Below, one piece after another: positions 30,757-40,007 of a stretch of 64,000 nt of DNA (positions within the stretch are counted from its first letter, which is position 1; each line of letters opens with the position of its first letter). The DNA comes from Chthoniobacterales bacterium (GTDB lineage: Bacteria; Verrucomicrobiota; Verrucomicrobiia; Chthoniobacterales; Chthoniobacteraceae), in NCBI GenBank assembly GCA_038207335.1, contig JBBQZX010000003.1, positions 1 through 64,000 on the forward strand, written 5' to 3'. The translations under genes were made by a program, and so were the position numbers. The notes under the pieces were generated by a model. It worked only from the letters and a program-made list of their open reading frames with translations, searched no databases and was not told the DNA's origin.

Positions 30757-30903
30757 TCCGGGGGGCGCTCGTCCCGAGCGCTGGTTTCGACGTCCCGGAG
30801 CGAACTTTTGAAACCGTGAGCATCTTCAAGAATCTGCAGCCCCACGAAAGTTCATCGAGTCGGGACGACTCAACCGGCACGCGGGACGCGTGCGCTACCC
30901 GGA
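30757..30903. repeat. 147-bp REP/MITE-like composite palindrome in the 5' end of pdeM
   Basis: Imperfect terminal inverted repeats TCCGGGGGGCGCTCGTCCCGAGCGCTGGTT / AACCGGCACGCGGGACGCGTGCGCTACCCGGA; inner GAACTTT/AAAGTTC pair. Confidence 0.75.
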
Positions 30904-31634
30904 CCCGCCACGTCCTCACGCCTCACATCACCCTCGACGCCCGCCGCGCCGCCTGCATCCAAAGTGAGCGCACGCTCGTCGTCGCCGACCTCCACCTCGG
31001 ATACGCGTGGGCGCATCGTCACGCGGGAAATCTCCTCCCGCTCACAGCGCCCGAAGACACCACCGCGCGACTCCTCGAACTCGTCGAAGATTACGCGCCG
31101 CGCGAACTCGTCCTTCTCGGCGACATCGTCCACCGCGCCCTCCCGCTCGCCGCGATCAAAGAGCAACTCTGCGCGCTCTTCGCCGCGCTCACGAGCCGCA
31201 CGTCGCTCCGCCTCGTCGCGGGCAATCACGATCGCCATCTCGCCGCAGTCCTCCGCGACTGCGGCATCGACACTCCGCTAGCCTCCGAGCACCGCGCCGG
31301 CCCACACCTTCTCCTCCACGGCGACGCGTCCGACGAAATCACTGCCGCCGCTCAACTCGCAGCCGCGCAATCCCGCGGCGGCACGATTTTCATCGGCCAC
31401 GAGCACCCCGCGATTTCGCTCGGCGACCGTGTCGCCACGTCTGTCAAATGTCCGTGTTTCTTGGCTTCCCAGTCGCTCGTCATTCTTCCCGCGTTTTCAA
31501 AATGGGCCGCCGGAACCGATCACCGCACGTGCCCATTCATGTCGCCGCTGCCGCGCCTTGCGCCGCCGACTCACGCCATCCCGATTCTCGCTGGCAAGCT
31601 GCTCTCCATCCCATTCCTTCCCGCGAAAACATGA
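30816..31634 (+). CDS. Metallophosphoesterase, PdeM-like (Lhr-associated endonuclease); start uncertain
   Basis: ADLHLG, LGDIVH, GNHD, LHGD, GHEHP, LPAFS; directly after lhr; in-frame GTG at 30816. Confidence 0.8.
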   Translation: MSIFKNLQPHESSSSRDDSTGTRDACATRTRHVLTPHITLDARRAACIQSERTLVVADLHLGYAWAHRHAGNLLPLTAPEDTTARLLELVEDYAPRELVLLGDIVHRALPLAAIKEQLCALFAALTSRTSLRLVAGNHDRHLAAVLRDCGIDTPLASEHRAGPHLLLHGDASDEITAAAQLAAAQSRGGTIFIGHEHPAISLGDRVATSVKCPCFLASQSLVILPAFSKWAAGTDHRTCPFMSPLPRLAPPTHAIPILAGKLLSIPFLPAKT

Positions 31635-32422
31635 GTCAGAGCACGTCCGAACATCGCCTCTGCGAACGTCTCCCGCTCTACGCGCTGCCGTTCGCAGTCC
31701 TGCTTTTCTTCGGCTCGCTCGGCCTCGCCGCCGCACTCTTTCCGAAGCAATATGACTGGCGTTACCGCGTGATCTCAAACCTACTCTCGCCGCGCGACGC
31801 CCCACACTTTTTTTGGATTCCCTGCATCGGCATCGCGCTCGCCGGCATCCTGCTCATTCCTTTTGCGCGCTTGGTTTCCAGGCGATTGCGCGCCGTCTCG
31901 CGCCCGGTTGCCCGCGTCGCCGCGGGCGGATTTTACCTCGGGTTCGGGCTCCTCATCCTCTCCGCGATGATCGTCCCGCAGCACATCCATCCCGTCCTCG
32001 GGTTCCCGCGTTTGCACGAGATGCTCGCGCGCAGTTCTGCCGTCGCCATTGGCATCGGGATGATCGCCTGCTGTGTCTGCGGCATCCTCGACGGCCGGCG
32101 CGCTGAAGGCGTGCAGCGCGCGCTTTACCCGAGTCTCGCCGCCCTTTGGCTGGCCTTCACCGCCCTGCCACTGGCCGTCCTCGCGGGCTGCGGGGCTATG
32201 TTTCTTTTCGTGAGAATGCAGCCGCAGTTCGCGGTCGAACACCACTCGTGGATGCGGCACTCACTGCTCTTCCACCTCGGCTTCTGGGAGTGGATCGGCA
32301 CCGTCGTGGTTTTCGCATTCATCGCCACGACCACCCTCCTCCTCCCGCGCTCTCCGCGGCCCTCGATTGAGCCTGCGGGCCGAGCGCTTACGCCACGACC
32401 ATCCGCTCTTCGGAGAGCTTGA
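31631..32422 (+). CDS. Multi-TM membrane protein (DUF998-like)
   Basis: ATG overlaps pdeM stop; YDWRYRVISNL motif; ~6 TM segments. Confidence 0.65.
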   Translation: MSQSTSEHRLCERLPLYALPFAVLLFFGSLGLAAALFPKQYDWRYRVISNLLSPRDAPHFFWIPCIGIALAGILLIPFARLVSRRLRAVSRPVARVAAGGFYLGFGLLILSAMIVPQHIHPVLGFPRLHEMLARSSAVAIGIGMIACCVCGILDGRRAEGVQRALYPSLAALWLAFTALPLAVLAGCGAMFLFVRMQPQFAVEHHSWMRHSLLFHLGFWEWIGTVVVFAFIATTTLLLPRSPRPSIEPAGRALTPRPSALRRA

Positions 32423-32801
32423 TGACGCGGCCTTCCGGGTCGCGGAAATTTGTGTAGGGCCCGACGGTCGTGATGATGATGCCGCGGCGGCGGAGTTCGG
32501 CGAGGACGGCGTCGCGTTTTTTCATCGAGACGTAGAGGTGAAAGTAACTGACCATTTCGCCGTGTTCGCAGCGGCGGATCGTGATCGGGAGTCCACCGAG
32601 CTCCATCTCGCAGTAGCGGTCGGTGCGCTCGCTGACGACGTGCGCGCTGAGGAGATCGACGTAGAAATCGCGCACGTCTTTCCAGTTTTGGGTGAAGATT
32701 GTGACCGAGTAGCAATTGGGCATCGCGGACGCGACGGGCATATCGGTGTGATCGTCGGAAACCGCATCGGTTTCGGCTGCCAAACAGGAGAGAGTCATCA
32801 T
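32388..32801 (-). CDS. VOC/glyoxalase family protein
   Basis: VRDFYVDLL...FRDPEGRVIKL pattern. Confidence 0.8.
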   Translation of the reverse strand: MMTLSCLAAETDAVSDDHTDMPVASAMPNCYSVTIFTQNWKDVRDFYVDLLSAHVVSERTDRYCEMELGGLPITIRRCEHGEMVSYFHLYVSMKKRDAVLAELRRRGIIITTVGPYTNFRDPEGRVIKLSEERMVVA

Positions 32802-33056
32802 GGAGAACTCTTAAAGCAGCGGGTGTGCCCGAATTATGGAAATTATGGAAAACGCGTTTTACGACGGCACTTTTGATCGAAGATTTTTACCGCGGCGGAC
32901 GCGGCTAGCGCTGCGAAAATCAAGGTCGGAAAGGCGCGTGCACTCGCGGGTTAACTCGATTTTCATAACTCCCCCCGGCCGTGAACGCCGCGGCTTGAAA
33001 ACTCCGTCTCGGACCGCGCTGAAAGGTCCTCTGTTGACGGCCGGCGGAGTGCGTCC

Positions 33057-33458
33057 TCAGGGATTGATGAAAATCCGATCGCGCGAGGGATCTACGACTT
33101 TCGCTCCGTGCGGGATGCCGCGAACGTCGATGAGATTGTAGGGCTCGTACGGGCTGGTCACGAATCCGTAACGGTTCGTGCGGCGCGCGTATGGGTAGTC
33201 GTAACCGTAACCCTCGTCGTATCGGTCATCGTAGCGGTTCGTGCGGCGATCGATTTGCGCGATTTTCCCGATTAGGAAACCGGCGCCTGCGCCGATCGCT
33301 GCACCGGCGAGGGCGTCGCTGCCTCGGCCGTGAAGGAGGCCACCGATGGCCGCGCCTGTGGCGGCACCCGCCACGGCGGATTGGCCGGGTGTTTCGCAGG
33401 AGGTGAGCGCAAATGCGCAGCAGAGGGACGTGGAGATGATAGGGATCGAGAGTTTCAT
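33057..33458 (-). CDS. Glycine-zipper lipoprotein
   Basis: Lipobox LTSC; GAATGAAIGG...GAAIGAGAG. Confidence 0.8.
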   Translation of the reverse strand: MKLSIPIISTSLCCAFALTSCETPGQSAVAGAATGAAIGGLLHGRGSDALAGAAIGAGAGFLIGKIAQIDRRTNRYDDRYDEGYGYDYPYARRTNRYGFVTSPYEPYNLIDVRGIPHGAKVVDPSRDRIFINP

Positions 33459-33515
33459 GTAGTGGGTTTTTGCGGCGGAGGGGTGCGGGAAAACTTCACA
33501 TGCCTTGCGCGACCG

Positions 33516-35015
33516 TCAATCAGGTCGGCTGCGCATTTTCTCACGCGCCTCGTGAATGAGGGCGGCGTAGGTCTCACTTGGCCGGTCGCCGCTTGGGTCG
33601 GTTGCGAGGCGCTCGGTACCGCGGGAAAAATCGAGCGAGAAGAGACCAAAACGCGGCGTGTAGGTGCCCCACTCGTAGTTGTCGAAGAGCGACCAGTGGA
33701 GGTATCCGATGAGCGGCACTCCGTCGCGCGCGATGCGAGTAACCTCGTGGATGTGGAGGCGCAGAAATTGGCTGCGCGTCATGCCGTCGTGGCGCTCCCG
33801 CGCGGGCTCCCCGGCGCGATTTCGGATCGCCATTCCATTTTCCGCGATGAGTACCGGACGACCAAAATCAGCGGCGTAGTGCTGGCAGAAAAAGTGGAGG
33901 CCGCGAGGCAGCACTCGCCAGTCCCACCACTTGCTCGTGATCGTCGCGAGCATCCAGCTTCGCAGCGAGCGGTTCTTGAATTCGTGATCCCACAGCACCG
34001 GCAATCGGAACGCGTGCGCGACGAACGGATCGTAGTAATCGAGCCCGAGAAAATCGAAGGTGCAGGCGCGCGGCGCGGCGTCGATCTCATCGAGCAGCGG
34101 AGAAAAGTCCGCGGTGTCAAAAGTGCGAAAGCCGATCCGATTGCTGAGCCATTTCAGCGCGGAGCCGAAGTAAAATGCGAGGTCGCGATGGAGCGGAATC
34201 TTCGCGGCGGCAAAGGCGCTCTCGAAAGCGCGCGCTCGCTCGCGAATGTCTGTGGAGACTTGATTGCGTGGCACTCCGCGCTCTCTCATGCAGAGCAGAT
34301 CGAGCAGCATTTTATCGGACCAGTAGAGGTCGCTGCAGTAGTTGTTCAGCGTGATGCGTGGCGCGGGCCAGCCGCGCTGGGCGTAGAGGTCGTGGAGTGT
34401 GTTGTAGGCGAGGACGTGGGCGCGCAGGAGTTGGTTGTAGGCGCGCGTCATCGTGCGGAATCCACCGCGCGCCCCGGAGGGAAACTGGCGTCCGAGATAG
34501 GTGTTGAGAACGAGCATGTTCGACTCGTTGATCGTGATGAACCACGCGAGCGGCGCGTCGAGCCGGGCACCGATATGCGCGACCGCCTCGCGGACGTATC
34601 GGGTGAAAAGCGCGGGGGTAACGGGGTCGAGCCACGGGTCCGAGCCGAGCCACGCTGGATGGACGAAATGATGGAGCGTGACGACTGGCTCGAGCCCGTG
34701 CTCACGCGCCGATGCGAACATCGCGGCGTAGTGATCGAGCGCCGCGAAATCGAAGTCGTCCGGGCCGCGCGGCTGCACTCGGCTCCACTCGATGCCAAGC
34801 CGAAACGCGTTGAGCCCGAGATCGCGGCAGCGCGCGAAATCCTCCTCGTAGCGATGCCAAAAATCCGCGGCGCATCCCGTCACTGCGACATCTCCGCGCT
34901 CCTCGGCAACCGCCCAATTCGTGCGCGGCTCGCCTGCTCCGTTGTATCCACCCTCGGCCTGATACGCCGAGGTCGCGACGCCCCAGAGAAAGTCTTCCGA
35001 TCCTGATTCCATCAT
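33516..35015 (-). CDS. Glycoside hydrolase family 1 protein
   Basis: FLWGVATSAYQAEGG, FRLGIEWSRVQP, TLHHF, TINES (acid/base), IAENG (nucleophile), WSLFDNYEW. Confidence 0.92.
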   Translation of the reverse strand: MMESGSEDFLWGVATSAYQAEGGYNGAGEPRTNWAVAEERGDVAVTGCAADFWHRYEEDFARCRDLGLNAFRLGIEWSRVQPRGPDDFDFAALDHYAAMFASAREHGLEPVVTLHHFVHPAWLGSDPWLDPVTPALFTRYVREAVAHIGARLDAPLAWFITINESNMLVLNTYLGRQFPSGARGGFRTMTRAYNQLLRAHVLAYNTLHDLYAQRGWPAPRITLNNYCSDLYWSDKMLLDLLCMRERGVPRNQVSTDIRERARAFESAFAAAKIPLHRDLAFYFGSALKWLSNRIGFRTFDTADFSPLLDEIDAAPRACTFDFLGLDYYDPFVAHAFRLPVLWDHEFKNRSLRSWMLATITSKWWDWRVLPRGLHFFCQHYAADFGRPVLIAENGMAIRNRAGEPARERHDGMTRSQFLRLHIHEVTRIARDGVPLIGYLHWSLFDNYEWGTYTPRFGLFSLDFSRGTERLATDPSGDRPSETYAALIHEAREKMRSRPD

Positions 35016-35025
35016 GCTTCACGGT

Positions 35026-36204
35026 TCACTCGCGCGCTGCCGCGAGTGCGATGGCCTCGCGCTGTTCGTCGCCGAGGATCAGCGGAGGGAGGCGGTCTTC
35101 GAGCAGCGTGCGGACGACTTCGTGCGCGGCGTTCGGACGCCCGAGCGCGCGGGCTTGCGCGGCCATGCGGGCGAGGCGCGGCGGATCGGCGAGCAGCCTG
35201 TCGAGCTTGAAGGGTAGCGTGGTGAGCTCGTTGCATTTGATCGCCGCGCCATCCTCGAGCAGGTGGTCGCTGTTGCGCTCCTCCTGCCCTGGAATCGGCG
35301 ACACCACAGCCATCGGCAGCCCGCACGCGAGCGCCTCGGAGGTTGTGAGTCCGCCGGGCTTTCCGACGAAGAGATCGCTGATTTGCATCAGCTCATGCAT
35401 CCGCGTCGTGTAACCGAGGATGCAGAACGCAGGATTGCCGCCACGAGTCACGGCGGTGAGACGTTCACGCAGCTCGTCGCTTTTCCCGCAGATCACGATC
35501 GTCTGCGCGGGATGCCGCAACTCCATGAGCCGCCGCACGACGACCTCCGTCGGACCGACTCCAAGTGCGCCTGCGGAAAGCAGCAGCGTCGTCTTTTCGG
35601 CATCGAGCCCAAGATCCGTGCGCACCGCACTGCGGTCTATTTTTTGCGCGAAAATCGGATCAATCGGAATGCCGGTGACGCTGATGCGTTCGCCGGGGAG
35701 GCCGAGCGCTTCGAGGTGCGCCTTCGTTTCGTCGATCGCGACGAAGTAACGGTGGAAGACTTTCGAGAGCCACATCGCGTGGCAATCCATGTCGGTGACG
35801 ACGATCGAGAGCCGCGTATCGAGTTCCTTTTTCTCGATGAGATGTGAGATGATGCCCGCGGGCATGAAGTGCGTGCAGACCGTGATGTGCGGGTCGAAAT
35901 CGCGGATGAATTTCACGAGCGGCCGCGTGTTCAGGCGGTCGAACTGCTGGCGGACGGCCTCGTTTTTCCACGGCTCATCGGTGCTGCGGTATGCAAAGCC
36001 GAGGAGCTGCGGCGCGTTGCGCACGAGCGTGGCGTAGAGCGTCGAGTAGAATTCGCGAAAGAGAGTGTTCGTGTATTTGAGCGCGTCCTCGTGGACGACT
36101 TTCTCGACACGCTCGTCGGCTGCGAAGGCCTGTTCCAATGCGGCGCCGCAGCGCAAATGGCCGGTGCCGGCGCTGGTGGAAATGATGAGGACGCGCTGCT
36201 TCAT
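35026..36204 (-). CDS. MGDG synthase / UgtP-like diacylglycerol glycosyltransferase (GT28)
   Basis: SAGTGH, CTHFMP, VVTD, TGIPI, KPGGLTTSEA, PIPGQEERN. Confidence 0.9.
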   Translation of the reverse strand: MKQRVLIISTSAGTGHLRCGAALEQAFAADERVEKVVHEDALKYTNTLFREFYSTLYATLVRNAPQLLGFAYRSTDEPWKNEAVRQQFDRLNTRPLVKFIRDFDPHITVCTHFMPAGIISHLIEKKELDTRLSIVVTDMDCHAMWLSKVFHRYFVAIDETKAHLEALGLPGERISVTGIPIDPIFAQKIDRSAVRTDLGLDAEKTTLLLSAGALGVGPTEVVVRRLMELRHPAQTIVICGKSDELRERLTAVTRGGNPAFCILGYTTRMHELMQISDLFVGKPGGLTTSEALACGLPMAVVSPIPGQEERNSDHLLEDGAAIKCNELTTLPFKLDRLLADPPRLARMAAQARALGRPNAAHEVVRTLLEDRLPPLILGDEQREAIALAAARE

Positions 36205-36368
36205 GGATGAGTAATGAGTGAATGGAAGATTCGGCGCACGTTCTTCGTCGTTTGCGACACGAGCTATTCGGCATTCATTGATCCTGAGCTCCTTCGCCGG
36301 TCGCTCATCTTTTCAAGATCCTCCCGTGAATGAAAACCCCACGACTTGAGTCTCATCTCGCAACTCAC

Positions 36369-38624
36369 ATGAAAACCCCACGTCTCCTCACGCTCGCGTT
36401 CGTGCTTTTCGCCGCTCTCGCCGGACTCGCTCCGCGCGCGGCGCAGGCCGATGTTTCATTCAGTTATTTTTACGATTCGCTCGATCCGTATGGCGATTGG
36501 GTCGATGTCGATGGCTACGGCTACTGCTGGCATCCCGAGGGCGTCGGCGACGACTGGGCGCCCTATACGGATGGATACTGGAGCTACACCGACGCGGGCT
36601 GGACTTGGGTGAGCTACGAGGATTTCGGCAGCATTTGCTACCACTACGGGCGATGGGTGCGGATCGAGGGTGAAGGCTGGTGCTGGGTGCCCGACAATCA
36701 GTGGGGGCCGGCGTGGGTCTCTTGGAGGCACAGCGAAGACCGCGTCGGCTGGGCACCGCTACCGCCCGAGGCGCACTTCCGGCGCGACGTGGGCTTCAGC
36801 GTCTGGGTCGATACGAGCTACGACATCGGGCCGTCTTATTATAACTTCTGCGACTACCGCGATTTTGGCGCGCCGGTGCTGACTTCGGTGATTTATCCGC
36901 GGTCGCGGAATGTCGTGTTCATCGAGAATTCGGTGAACATCACGAACATCTCGTTCAACACCGGGAGCAACTTCGTCTATTGCGGCGGGCCGCAGTACGA
37001 CTATATCTCCACGCGGAGCGCGCATCGTGTGCCGACGCTGAAGCTGGTGCAAAACACGACCATCGTGAACAACACGGTGATTAATAATTTCAACGGCGAC
37101 CGGGCCGCGCGACGTGCGGCGAATGCGCTGCCGAGGAATGTGCAGCGCGGGAATGCGCTGGAAGTTTTTGCGCCAGCGGTGGCGGCACGCCCCTCGGCGA
37201 ATGCGGCGCGTCCGGCGAAAATCTCGAAGGTCGTGGCGAGTGACAAAATCAACAAGGGATGGGCTGGCATGAAAGACCCGGAAGCGCGCAAAGGGCTCAA
37301 ACAGAAGCTCGCGCAGCAGACGAATGGACTCACGCCAGAGAATACGCCTGCGAAAGCGGTGCAGTTCGCGGATTTGAAGCCGGTGCCCGAAAAGGCGGAC
37401 CTGACCGCGGTGTCGCCTGCAGCGACCGGGAAAGTGCGGCCTGGCAAACGCGGCGAACCGCTAGTCGCGGAGCCGGTGAATCCGGCTGGCGAGGCGGCGC
37501 AAGCGGGTGTTCGCGGAAAGGGAAAACAAGGCAGGCCCGGTGAGGTCTCGGCGACGGAGAATCCTACGCAGCCCGCTGCCGCTGCCGACCCGGTAAAGCC
37601 CGGAAAAGGTGATGGGCGGATGGGCAAAAATGGAAAACCCGAGCGAGCGCAGCAACCCGCCGTGGCAGCGGAACCCGTGACCGCGCCGGATGCAAATCCG
37701 CCTTCCGTGCTAGGGAAAGGAAAACACAAAACCGCCGCGGATGCAGTGGGGCTCCCGCAGCCAGTCGTCGAAACGCCGGATGCGAACGACCGTCGACGCG
37801 ATGCCGTCACAGATGTCGGCGGGAAGAATTCCGAAGCGATGAAAGAACGCAACAAACAAGCAGCGGAGCAAACGGCTGGAGAGCGTGAAGCAGCCAAAAC
37901 ACAAGCCGCGGAGCAGGCGGTGACCGCGCGCCAGGCAGCCAAGGTGCAGGCAGCAGAACAGGCTGCTGGCGAGCGCGAAGCGACGCGGGCTCGGGCCGCG
38001 GAAAAGATGCGTTCGAGCGAGGCGGCCGCGCAGGCGGCGGCGGCGAATCGTCGTGAGAAACTGCAGGCGGCGGAGGCGGAGCAGGCTCGTTCACGGATGG
38101 AGATGCACCAGCACGAGCAGGCGCTCAAGGAGAGCAAACAAGCCGCGCGTGAGTCGCAGGCTGCGGAGAGCCAGCGCGCGCAACAGCGGGACTCGGCCGC
38201 GATGGAGTCGCGCCGCGCTGCGCAGGATCAAGCGCGCCAGGAGGCCGCTCGTCAGCAGCAGCAGGCGGATGGGCAGCGGGAGGCGCGCGCGGCGCAAATG
38301 CAGCAGCAGCGTGCGGTTGAAAATCAGCGGGCGGTGCAACAGCAGCGCGCAGCGGATTCGCAGCAACAAAAGCGCGCTAGTGAGAACCAGCGCGCCACTG
38401 CCCAAGCGCGCGCGGAAGCCATGCAGCAACAGCGCGCGCAGCAGCAGCAGCAGCAGCAAGTCCAGCAACAGCAGCAGCGCCGCGCGGAGCCTCAGCGCGT
38501 ACCGCAACAGCAACAGCAGCAGCGGCAGCCGCAGCAGCAAGTCACGTCCGGACAGGGCCAGGGAAAAGGGAATGGAAAACGCGGCATGACGCCTGAAGAA
38601 GCCGCGGCGCTTCAGCGCCGTTGA
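36369..38624 (+). CDS. Secreted DUF6600-type aromatic-rich domain protein with long disordered A/Q/R-rich tail
   Basis: Signal peptide; FYDSLDPYGDW...YHYGRW...WGPAWVSWR...GWAPLPP; poly-Q C-terminus. Confidence 0.8.
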   Translation: MKTPRLLTLAFVLFAALAGLAPRAAQADVSFSYFYDSLDPYGDWVDVDGYGYCWHPEGVGDDWAPYTDGYWSYTDAGWTWVSYEDFGSICYHYGRWVRIEGEGWCWVPDNQWGPAWVSWRHSEDRVGWAPLPPEAHFRRDVGFSVWVDTSYDIGPSYYNFCDYRDFGAPVLTSVIYPRSRNVVFIENSVNITNISFNTGSNFVYCGGPQYDYISTRSAHRVPTLKLVQNTTIVNNTVINNFNGDRAARRAANALPRNVQRGNALEVFAPAVAARPSANAARPAKISKVVASDKINKGWAGMKDPEARKGLKQKLAQQTNGLTPENTPAKAVQFADLKPVPEKADLTAVSPAATGKVRPGKRGEPLVAEPVNPAGEAAQAGVRGKGKQGRPGEVSATENPTQPAAAADPVKPGKGDGRMGKNGKPERAQQPAVAAEPVTAPDANPPSVLGKGKHKTAADAVGLPQPVVETPDANDRRRDAVTDVGGKNSEAMKERNKQAAEQTAGEREAAKTQAAEQAVTARQAAKVQAAEQAAGEREATRARAAEKMRSSEAAAQAAAANRREKLQAAEAEQARSRMEMHQHEQALKESKQAARESQAAESQRAQQRDSAAMESRRAAQDQARQEAARQQQQADGQREARAAQMQQQRAVENQRAVQQQRAADSQQQKRASENQRATAQARAEAMQQQRAQQQQQQQVQQQQQRRAEPQRVPQQQQQQRQPQQQVTSGQGQGKGNGKRGMTPEEAAALQRR

Positions 38625-38641
38625 GGCACGCCGCGGTTGCG

Positions 38642-38736
38642 GCCGGGATCGTTGGTCCCGGCAGCCGTGAGCGACCGAACGCTCGCATCGTCCCGACGAT
38701 GCGAGCGCGTCTTTCGGCAACGTCAGCGATCCCGGC
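38642..38736. repeat. Nested palindromes (REP-like / terminator)
   Basis: Perfect 13-bp stem CGCTCGCATCGTC/GACGATGCGAGCG (38680-38707) inside GCCGGGATCGTTG...CAGCGATCCCGGC. Confidence 0.6.
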
Positions 38737-38798
38737 GACGGCGGAAATACCACTTTCCCAAACACCGACTGCGTGGCACCGTCCCCGCCCTTTCTCAA

Positions 38799-39980
38799 AT
38801 GAAATCCAAGCGCTCAATCACCGTTTCCCTCACCCTGTCGCTCCTCGCGGCCCAATCTCTCATCGCCGCCGATCCGGCAAAAAAAGGCGCGACGAAAGCG
38901 CCAGTTCCCGCTGCGAAAGCTCCGGCCGCTGCTGTGAAAGCAACCACGCCGCCGGCCGCGAATGATCCTCAGATCAAGGATCCCGTGGCAGTGGTCGAGG
39001 GACAGGAGATCAAAAAAGCCGACCTCGACGAAGCGCTTGTAGGCGTCCTGGCGCAGAGCGGACGCAAGCCCGCGGACATCCCGCCTGAGCAAAAAGCGGG
39101 CGCTTATCGGATGATTCTTGACGATATCATCGTCGATAAATTGATCGCGAAGCGCTCGGCCGACGAGAAAGTGACCGACGAGGAAGTGGATGCGACTTTC
39201 AAGAAAATGACCGAGGGCCACGGCTCGGACGAGGAGATCAAAAAGCAGATCGAGCAGAGCGGCCAGACGATCGAAAAAATTAAGGCGAACATCCGCAACA
39301 ACCTCAAGCAGCAGAAGTGGGTCGAGGAGCAGATCAAGGGCAAGGACGATGTGGCCGAGGCGGACGCGAAGGCTTTTTACGACAAGAATCCAGAGCAGTT
39401 CAAAGCGCCGGAGCGCGTGCGCGCCAGCCACATTTTGCTTTCACTCAAGGCGGACTCGACGCCAGAAGAAGTGACGAAAAAAGAAAAGGCGGCGCAGGAC
39501 ATCGCGGCGCGGGCGAAGAAGGGGGAGGACTTTGCGGCGATGGCAAAGGAACTGTCCGAGGATCCGAGCGGAAAGGCGAATGGTGGCGACCTCGATTTCT
39601 TCACCAAGGAGCAGATGGTGCCGGAGTTTGCGAGCGCCGCGTTCGGCATGAAAAAGGGTGATATTAGCGACCCGGTGCGCAGCCAGTTCGGATACCACAT
39701 CATCAAACTGACCGACCGCAAGGATCCCGAGACGGTGACTTTGGAAAAGGCGATGCCGCAGCTCATGGCGTATCTCAAGCAGCAGAAAAAGCAGGAAGCC
39801 GTGCAGAATCTCGTGAAGGAAATCCGGGAAAAAGCGGATGTGAAAATCAATCTGCCGGAGCCCGCTCCGATCGCGCCGGCGCCAATCGTGCCGGGTGCAT
39901 CGAGCGCGCCGACTGAGGCTGTCACGCCGCCCGTGAGCGCCCCCGCTGCGGACGCGCCCGCCGCGCCGGAAAAGAAGTAA
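38799..39980 (+). CDS. Parvulin-type peptidyl-prolyl isomerase (PrsA/SurA-like)
   Basis: Signal peptide; ASHILL, SEDPSGKANGGDL, MVPEFA, SQFGYHII. Confidence 0.92.
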   Translation: MKSKRSITVSLTLSLLAAQSLIAADPAKKGATKAPVPAAKAPAAAVKATTPPAANDPQIKDPVAVVEGQEIKKADLDEALVGVLAQSGRKPADIPPEQKAGAYRMILDDIIVDKLIAKRSADEKVTDEEVDATFKKMTEGHGSDEEIKKQIEQSGQTIEKIKANIRNNLKQQKWVEEQIKGKDDVAEADAKAFYDKNPEQFKAPERVRASHILLSLKADSTPEEVTKKEKAAQDIAARAKKGEDFAAMAKELSEDPSGKANGGDLDFFTKEQMVPEFASAAFGMKKGDISDPVRSQFGYHIIKLTDRKDPETVTLEKAMPQLMAYLKQQKKQEAVQNLVKEIREKADVKINLPEPAPIAPAPIVPGASSAPTEAVTPPVSAPAADAPAAPEKK

Positions 39981-40007
39981 TTCGCGGGCGCCCGCGAACA
40001 TACGGCG

